This document shows positions 55,719 to 64,000 of a stretch of DNA of 64,000 nucleotides, one piece after another. The notes under the pieces were generated by a model. It saw only the letters and a list, made by a program, of their open reading frames with translations. It made no database searches and was not told the DNA's origin. Origin of the DNA: Octopus vulgaris (taxonomy: Eukaryota); NCBI GenBank assembly GCA_951406725.2, contig OX597828.1, positions 60,264,001 to 60,328,000 on the forward strand. Direction: 5' to 3'. A program made the translations under genes and the position numbers. Within the stretch, counting starts at the first letter, position 1. Every line of letters starts with the position of its first letter.

Positions 55719-58700
55719 TGGACCATGTCCCATGTTACAGATTGGACAGTCTCAGTGACCGTTGAAATGTAGTTGTTGAGAGAGCATGTTGCAGTGTTGT
55801 CATCTCCGGTAGAGCAGATGGTTGCTAGGAAAGACTATGGCTGAGCAGCTCTGTTGGATGGCTCATGACAGCAACATCGTCTGGGGTGGGGTCTGGTAGT
55901 ATGGGCTAGCCAACATGGTGGCTTGAGACAGCGTTAGCTGTTGCATGCCGAGCACCTGGTACATGAACAATGCTGAAGTTATGCCACAGGATTTTTTTCT
56001 TTCAGGTTGCACAATTGAGGGTTCAGGATGTTGTCCAGGCAGCAATCACCAAATACTTTCAAGAGAGGTTTGCGATCAACTGTAACAATGAGCCAAGGGT
56101 GAAATGATGTCCAATGCAGCGGTCACTGCCAGTGCTTTCCCCTCTACTGGTGCATAACGAGATTCTATCACTCAAGTAAAGCTGCTCCCAACCAGGGTGA
56201 TTTTTCCAGCCAGATTTGCAGCAAAAGAGGCAGAGGAAGGGCATGCGCTATGTGTTTGGAACAGCCAGAAGCCCAATGCCATATTTGCTCCAGTCAGTGG
56301 CAAGACAAATCAGCTTGGTTTTGACAGAGATCTCCACACCTCTTTAGATTTCAAACAGAACCAATTCAGCTGGTCTGTCCATACATACCGGGAGCCTGGC
56401 TTGAAGAGTTCCTGGAATGGCAACATTCATTAGGCAGAAGTGAAGGCATAGGAGACTTGGTTGATCAAACTGAACCAGCTGTGGATGTTGGTGATGTTTT
56501 TAAGGGTGGGAAAGTCACAGATTACTTCGAGATATTGGGCACAGGGTCACACTGTGTTAGGGGTGATCTCAAACCCAACAAATTCAGTGGTAGTTTGGGC
56601 AAAGTTGAACTTAGTGAGATTCAGAATGATGCCATTGGACTGCCTGAAAGAATGCTTCCTCAATGGTGTTCGACCATATCAAGGTGTTGTCGATGCTATT
56701 TGTTTCCTGGGGAATACTTGAGACAATCTCATCAAACAATTGGCTGTAGCCGTCCCCTGAAACAATGTATCCCTGTGGTGCAATACAGTAGCAGAAGCAG
56801 CCCCAGGATCTGATGAAGGTAGTTAGGTGGCGGTCCCTTTCATCAAGGGCAATACTGTAGCCATTCGAAGTATCAAAAGAAGTTTTTCGGGTGTGGGGTG
56901 GTATGGAGCAGACCTGGTGGAATGGGGATTGGGTGTGATGGGTCTCGTGAACTGCGTGTCAGTTTAGATCAACAGTCTGTCATGGTTTTCCAGATTTCTT
57001 GGGGTATACCACCACTCTGTGGCACCAGGTGGCAGGGTGTACCAATGGTGACAAGCTCAATAGCTCCAAGCTGAACGTCATGGTTGAAACCTGCTTTCAC
57101 TTCCTCTTGCCAATGAACTTGGACTGGTATGGGCATATGGTGGGCAATTGGTTTAGCATTGGGGTCCACCATTAAGCAGATTGGTGGCACAGACATCTTG
57201 GAGAGTTGCTGATATTTGCAGACATTGAATGTGCTGAAGCTGTATTATTCTAGTAGCCACTTCTCCAGGTGATCATGGTTCTCCTCAGTGGCTTGGAATG
57301 GTAGTGAAATGGGAGGAGGGTGTTTGTTGTAGAGGGCAGCCACATACATTTTAAGTCATTGTTGCAGGAGATATTTCTAGTGGGGTGCCAACATTCCCAC
57401 AGCTTTCTCCAATCATGGGGAAGTGGGAAGGAATCCTCGTAAGGGTGACACGGGTTTGCTTGAAGAGGAAAAATTTATCATTTGAAATAGTGATGTAGAA
57501 AATTTGATGGGTTGTGCACTTTGCAGAGGATGAGGTGATCACTAATATGCGTAGGGTCAGGACACTGATTATATTTATGGGGTTGCTGTTAGTGACAGTC
57601 ATCTTCATGTTGACCAGTATAAGGTGACACTGGTCCAGCCCCAGTTTGGATAGGAGTTTCGATTCTGTAGATAGGTACAAGATGTTTGAAATCCTTAAGC
57701 TCTATGGGATACCAGACAAAATCATTTCTGCCATCAAGGTCCTCTACACAGATACGTCTTCAACCATCTTAACCCCTGACGGAGAAACATCATCTTTCTC
57801 AATCAAAGCCGGAATATTGCAGGGAGACACACTCGCCCCATTTCTTTTCATCATTGTCGTTGACTATGTGCTACGTATGTCAGTTGATACCATCTCTGGC
57901 AAGGGCTTTGAAATAAAACCAAGAAGAAGTTCCAGACACCCAGCTGAGTACTTGACAGACACTGACTTTGCTGACGACATTGCTCTTATCAGTGATTCTC
58001 TCTCCAATGCCCAGTCTCTTTTACAATCTCTTGAACAAACCTCAAATTGTGTAGGTCTTTACCTCAATGAGGCCAAGACTGAATACATAAACAAGTGCCT
58101 GTCCAACAGTGATTGCATCATCCATACTCTCAACAATGCGCCCTTAAATATGGTTTCTGATTACAAATATCTTGGGTCATACATATCATCATCTGGAAAA
58201 GACTTTCTAACTAGAAAGGGTATGGCCTAGTCAGCCTGTAATGACATGCATAAGATCTGGTCATCAAATCTAGGTAGAGACTTCAAACTTGAAATTTTCA
58301 AAGCCACAGTCGAACCAATTCTACTATATGGCTCAGAAACCTGGACATTATCAAAGAAGCTTGAGAGGCGGTTGGATGGAACCTACACTCGCCTCCTTAT
58401 GAGAGCTCAAAATCTCGTGGAAGCGCCATCCAACCAAAATGCAAATATATGGGAAACTACTACCTGTGTCATCTCTTGTGAAAGATAAGAGAGTCCAGTT
58501 CGCTGGACATTGTTGTAGAGCTGAAAAAGAGGTAATTTCTACTCTTCTCCTCTGGAAGCCATCTACTCGCAATACCAGAGGGCGTACACTCTCCTACCCT
58601 GATGTAATCTCCAGGGATACAGGCATCCAGCAACAGGACCTCCGTAATGCAATGATGCACCGTGAAGTCTGGTGTAGCATGGTAAATTCCATTGTCTCGA

Positions 58701-60182
58701 CCACGGTCAAACAATGATGATGATGATTGGATAGGAGACTTGTCCCAGCCAGGCACGACTGGTATCCAGTGTCTGCCATAGCTTTGTGATGGATAATTGC
58801 AGTCTCTCATGAAAAAGAAGTGGAGAAGCCCAATGCCTTCATGTCAGCTGGGTCAGCTACAATGAAGGTATGGGGTTTGGAAGAGCATTTCACCAAGGCA
58901 TCACAGAGTTCATTATACACATGGTTGTCCAGACCTATTTCTTGTGTGGAAGATTTATCTGGGAGGTCAACAACAAGGCATAGGCTGTTGAATATTGCAG
59001 ATGTCTGGTCTTCCGTGTTACTTGCATTGGTTTGAGCTTGTCACTGGGGACAGCGTTGTTGGCAGCAGATACCTTCATAGTATTGCAGGATGCCCACACA
59101 TAGTGCGCTTGTTGTATGGAGGGTATTTCCTAATGTGTTCCTGTACATGATATCTGTGGCCATATTTCCGCAGTGGCTGCAGGAGGTAGTAGCAGGTGTA
59201 TCACAGGGTTCACTGGATTTATTGACCGGGTGATACCACTGCTGGCATCTCTATGAGCTAGAGGCAACAGTGGTTGAGGTGGTGCTGTGACCCATCAGCC
59301 AGCTGGCTGAGCATTTTCTGCTTTCTTTTGCTTTGACATACCTCAGGGTTTCTTCCAGGGACATGCCTTGCTTGGAGTCACCCAGGATGTCAAGGTGTAT
59401 TTCCTCATCCTCTAACTCATCTATGGGAGCATTGTAGCCTATGACGTTGCTGCAATCATTTGTGACATGCCAGGCCTCCAAGAGGCATTCCACCTTGAAG
59501 TTGCTGACAGCTACCTGCCCTTGAAGATGCGCAGCAAAGGCCCTGACGGGTTCATCCTGCTCCTGGCACATCTGTTGTAGCTGCACATGAGCAACTATGA
59601 CATTTTCTTGGCAGACAGCCAGGAATTTAATGTGACTGGGGGTTGTTTGCTTATCAATGGAAGCTACTATGTTGAATTTCCATGTGAGATCTTTTCTGAA
59701 GGTCTCATTGCAACATTCAAGAAGCTGGAAGATGACATCATTACCCATAAGACAAGTGGCTTGTTTGTAGTCTTGCCATCTCTGCTCAAAGTAAACCCAC
59801 CCCTCGCTAGTTCCAGCTGCAGAGATGATGGGAAGGTAGACCTCAGGCGAGACTTTCATGCACAACTGTATGATGGGCATTGTCACTATGAAGATCGATG
59901 AGGTGGGTCAGTACCTCCACCAGAATGTTCACAGGCCAACTCTTGGCACAATCGGGTGTGGGTTGGCCATGTTGACTACCTTTTTGTCATAAAGATGTCT
60001 GAGCACCCTCTGCTTTCATTAACACTTTATTTACATAGAGTGAAGCAATGAAAAAAATGGTCTTCAGTATACCTGAAATGTGAAGGAAAAGATGATGGAT
60101 AATGAAACGAATAATGTATGGCGAATCGAATGTAATGTAATAAATGATAATATATATGTGTGTTTAGTTATAATCCTCTACA
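54932..60182 (-). mobile_element. Decayed Ty3/Gypsy LTR retrotransposon with ~180-bp LTRs
   Basis: Direct repeats ~54935-55118 and ~59998-60182. Gag remnant (ORF 59251..59886), protease ADTG (ORF 58594..58779), RT remnant (PIPVQVHWQEEVKAG..LGAIE), RNase H-like region; integrase largely missing. Confidence 0.8.
57657..58726 (+). mobile_element. 5'-truncated RTE-group LINE nested in the Gypsy, with 11-bp TSD
   Basis: GILQGDTLAP, DFADDIAL, YKYLGS; (TGA)n tail; TSD ttggataggag at 57646-56 and 58727-37. Confidence 0.92.
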
Positions 60183-61077
60183 CTTGTCTCTTTTTTAAAA
60201 GTTTTTTGTCAGATATCTGTATTGCAAAATTAACTCAAATGAAAAAATGGCATAAATTTAGATAATTTGGATTGTTGTTGTATTGAATAAAAGCGCTTCC
60301 TTAAGAAGTTTATGTATCACAGAAACATATCTATAGTTCACACTTGCTAGCAAAGATTTCCCATTAAAAATGAAAATCTCATTTCCTCTCCATATTAAAA
60401 TGTAGTAAGTGGCTCTATACAATCCATCACTCTCATCAACACAGTATTTAATACTCACACATTCTACCTTCTGTATATTGACAACTTTCTTGCTATCATT
60501 TTTAACTAAACCCTTAAAGAAATGGTACAACTTTTTGCTCCACAATAGTCTGTCCATATATGTGTTATTTACATTCTTAAATGAATCTTGACTTCCATCA
60601 ACTCGTATTTTGAAAACATTTACCATACTAGCACTAATTTTTCTTTTCATGAATACATACAAATAAAACCTTCAAACTTGCTACAAATCCTGAGCCTTAC
60701 TATTTCAGATGATTTTCATGTTGTGTCACAATTTATGCATGACCTGAGGATTAAAATGGGAATTCTATTTGAGAGGCAATCTTTTCCCCTTCTTTGTGTT
60801 CATGGTGCACACATTTGCTTGCCAAATTCTTTTTAAAAGTGTTACACTTTTGCTGTATTTTCTGTGTATATGTTTTCTCTGTATACCTATATAGCTAATA
60901 TTATTCAGGTTCAATGATCATTTACAAATAATTTACAATTTTGTATTTCAAATAGCTTTTGGCTATTTTTATCCTTATCGTTTTTCTTTGAGAAGTAAGA
61001 AAAACTTGTTTTCCTTGCTCTCTAAGTGGCTTTTTGTTAAGCAATATTCTTAATATAATTTTATTTATGATTCTTAG

Positions 61078-61182
61078 TGACACAGGCGTATGGAGCAGAA
61101 GAAAATGATTATAGCACTTATGGAGGAAAAGAAGCTTCTCTATCGCAGTATCCAACAATTCCTTCAAGCTGTTTCATGACTG
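61078..61182 (+). CDS. NUP205: Probable Nup205 exon (poorly conserved linker, TQAYGAEENDYSTYGGKEASL...)
   Basis: ttcttag/gtttgt, 105 nt, open in phase 1-1, fills the position of the human acidic linker; weak sequence similarity. Confidence 0.6.
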
Positions 61183-61219
61183 GTTTGTATCTGTTTTTCT
61201 TTGCTGACCTTTTTTCATG

Positions 61220-62400
61220 ATGATGATAATGTTGACAACAACACTTGACATCAAACATCCATCTTCCATGCTGGTGTGGGTCAGAAGCTTTCTGGCAAGT
61301 CTCGGGTTGTGCTAAACTCCAACGCCAGGCTTGGCATGTTTTCTATGATAGGACACCCTTTCTAATGCCAACTCTCTTATAGCTTGTACGGGGTGCTTTT
61401 ATCATGCACCAGCACTAATGAGGTTGCCAAGTAATTTGCAAGACAGAAAAAGCCCTAAAGAAGGTATGAAGCCCTCAGGGTATTAGGGAGGGTGTGTTGT
61501 AACTGGGGAAAAGATGAAGATGGTGGTGAGCAAACTCAAAATACAAAAAGAGGATACAGTCAGTGAATCAGGTGGGGTTGGGTAGTTTCATAAGAATGTG
61601 AGAGGAAAAATGGAGGTAGAGGTGAATGTATTGAGTGATGAGCAAGGGTGGAGGCCAGTTGATGGGAAATATCAATATGGAGAGAGCTAAGTTGAGAGAG
61701 AAATCTGCAGCTTAGGAAGGTAAATGAGTGGGAGCAATGGAGAGGGAGGTGTGGAGTTATATATGGGTGTCTGATGTGGGTGAGGCATGATGATGGTGGA
61801 TATGGGAAGATGTTGAGAATGAGAAGTTATGAGGAGTATGGCAGAGGAGAGTGGTTATGTGAAGGCAAGGAAGAAGATGACTAGTGAGAGTAGTGTGGGA
61901 AGGGAGGATAATGAGAATAAGAGAGATGGAAGGTTCTAAGAGGTTAGTGGTGGTGCAGAGGATGAAGAATAATAGAAGTTGAGTCTGCTCTCAAGTGATT
62001 TTAGCTGCTGAGTATTGCCATAGGATGAGGACTGGTGGAAGGCTGGGTGTCAGGGGAATGAGGTGCGGTGGTAGAGTGTTTGATGGGTTTGCAAGTTTAC
62101 GCAGAATGTATTTAGGTTGTCGTTTTTGCTGTGAGTTTTCTTGAGCAGATTTCCAATCATCTTGATCCTTTGTTATCTCCACTGTGAGGCTCAGCATCAT
62201 GTGCTCTACCTTTGTTTCCACAACCCATGCCTTCCTGGGTCTCCTTTTCCACAAGTTTCATCCACTTCAAACAACCAGCATTTCTTTACACAGCTGTGCT
62301 CATCCAATGCATTACATGACCAAACATTTGCATCACAGAACTCCAGTATCCTTGTGGATACATATTCATGCAATATGTGTTGAATGGATTGAAAACATAT
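61220..62400 (-). mobile_element. Decayed RTE 3' portion with GA-rich expanded UTR
   Basis: ORF 62206..62436 has DEHSCVKKCW..TCG; 3'-end motifs at 61250-61420. Confidence 0.65.
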
Positions 62401-62774
62401 GAACAAATTACTCAAATACATGTTGGGATAAGACAAACTGAATAGGAAAGAATGTAATTTTCAGCTCTTCTTAATTTTGCAGCAGGTATGTTTATATAGT
62501 TGCAACAGGTATGGTTTTGTTATTCTCATTATACCCACAGTTTCTTGTTCACTTTCATTATAATTTTTGTATGATAATGCGGTTACTATTTCAGTCTAAA
62601 TTCATTGTTCTTCTTACTGTTAAACTTAATTAAATGATTTAAATGTTTTCACATTTTGAATATTCCAGTTCGAAAATGCCATATTTATGAACAGTTCTAA
62701 GTAATTCATTGAAATATCCACATATTTTAAATCCCTAATTTTAGTTCTCAGAACTTTTTCTCTTTTCTTTTCAG

Positions 62775-63022
62775 GTACTCAGACAAGACGCAAAATTTTA
62801 CGCATATTAGACTCTTTAGATTTCACTCAAGCCTGCCCTCAACGTTGTCCACTTCAATTTTTTGAAGAAAATTTGATTGAAGATGTCATAAAATCATGTT
62901 GCAAAAGGCCTAAAAATGGACCAGCAATATGTGATGTCAAAGCCTTGCGCCGAGTTCTTATTGGAGAAATTAGCAACTTACAGGGCACAACTCTGGCAGG
63001 ACAAAGGAGTTTAATTTTAAGG
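62775..63022 (+). CDS. NUP205: Nup205 exon (TQTRRKILRILDSLDF...GQRSLILR)
   Basis: tttcag/gtcagt, phase 1-0; matches human VRRKILNILDSIDF..CNVKLLHRVL..GQRPLL. Confidence 0.95.
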
Positions 63023-63319
63023 GTCAGTGCTGAATTTTTTAAAATCAGTTATAACATTTGTTGTATGTAGTCCAGTGAGTATAAATATGTCAGTGATGTA
63101 ATGAATAAGATGTTAAAATACAGCTTTGCAAATACTCATACACACAGACACATATATTGCATGTTTATATGTATGAATGTTAGTGTGTATTTATGCAGGG
63201 AATTTTATGAAATTCTCTATTTTATTTAATGTTCTCAGTTTTGCTTGCCAGTTATGTTTGTCTATGTGTATATGCACCATTATGTGTCTAAATATATTCA
63301 TTACCCATTTATTTCTCAG

Positions 63320-63511
63320 GAAGTTGAAATCATCTTGGAACAGGTGGTCTCCAGCAATGCAGTATATCAAAGTCTGTACTCCAAGTATGTAGCTTTTGAG
63401 GCTTGGCGTCAGGTGACTGAAGTTTTGGTAACTGCTTGTACTCCTGATTTATTGGACAAAGAGAGTCAACATACTCTTTTGTTTGAATTATTGCAAGACC
63501 TTCTCATTAAG
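63320..63511 (+). CDS. NUP205: Nup205 exon (EVEIILEQVV...FEAWRQVTEVLVTAC...LLQDLLIK)
   Basis: tctcag/gtaaag, 192 nt, phase 0-0; matches human ESWRQLVEIILTACP..ILQD. Confidence 0.95.
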
Positions 63512-63579
63512 GTAAAGATACTATTGAAATTATGTTCATTGTTACCTTACTTCATGCTCTCTATTATTGCATTCATTGG

Positions 63580-63705
63580 TTAGCATTTGGAAGGGCCTCC
63601 AGCCTTAGAAACCATGGAGCTCAGGCAGTTCTTCAGCTGTCCAGCTCCTATCAAACTCTCCAACCCATGCCAACATGGAAAACAGACATTAGATGATGAT
63701 GATTG
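63580..63705 (+). mobile_element. RTE 3'-end remnant
   Basis: aagggcctccagc..acccatgccaacatggaaaacagacattagatgatgatgat. Confidence 0.65.
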
Positions 63706-63971
63706 TCATCATTAACTTTTAAGTCCTATTATTTCTGTCTCCTTCCAACTTTTTTTTCATTTTAGGAAAAATTTGTAGAAATTGTTGTGTATCTATTTTG
63801 TAGTCAAAGAAGATTTTCGATACATTTGCAAATAATGTTTCCTGATGCTTAAATTTTATCAATTTCGTCTTAAGATGTGCAGATTAAATACTCTTTTGTA
63901 ACCAACCTGTTGGAAACGGCTTGATAATTTTCCTGCTTTATTTTTACCAACCCACTCAGAACTGCCCAAGA

Positions 63972-64000
63972 TATGAGGTGGTATCAAAAAATTCCTGGAC
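63972..64000 (+). mobile_element. Possible start of a mariner TIR at the window edge
   Basis: TA-tgaggtggtatcaaaaaattcctggac resembles mariner TIRs such as the one at 45268; too short to confirm. Confidence 0.4.

Noticed and set aside
56810-56830. Another CTGATGA hammerhead seed (also at ~28831)
   Set aside because: No properly placed stem II, GAAA, UH or stem I partner.
60005-60020. tRNA-iMet primer-binding site for the Gypsy (tgaaagcagagggtg on - strand)
   Set aside because: Imperfect, and similar sequence occurs in the other LTR, so it is probably LTR-internal; no clear PPT or TSD found either.

Overview
Eukaryotic, AT-rich, repeat-dense genomic DNA. The SINE/LINE repertoire and huge (TA)n/(CA)n arrays suggest an octopus or related coleoid cephalopod (inference). 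The one host gene is NUP205 (nuclear pore scaffold protein), + strand: 14 internal coding exons from 15211 to 63511, GT-AG introns, consistent phases. One exon is lower confidence and the first carries an apparent frameshift. The rest is multi-kb microsatellite, a 100-N gap (10260-10359) and nested transposons: CR1/L2-group LINEs (one nearly intact), many RTE LINEs, tRNA-derived SINEs, piggyBac, Tc1/mariner, Helitrons and a decayed Gypsy. The most interesting signals are non-coding: (i) Penelope-type minimal hammerhead ribozymes, including a ~450-bp intronic palindrome with one on each strand; (ii) a covarying 3' stem-loop shared by CR1/L2-type LINEs and a SINE; (iii) an in-phase U_UUU_UUG slippery site in a hairpin at a LINE ORF1/ORF2 overlap; (iv) a C4HC3 PHD-like finger inside RTE ORF2; (v) repeated insertions into (TA)n. 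All calls were made by eye; protein comparisons are from memory of the human sequence.
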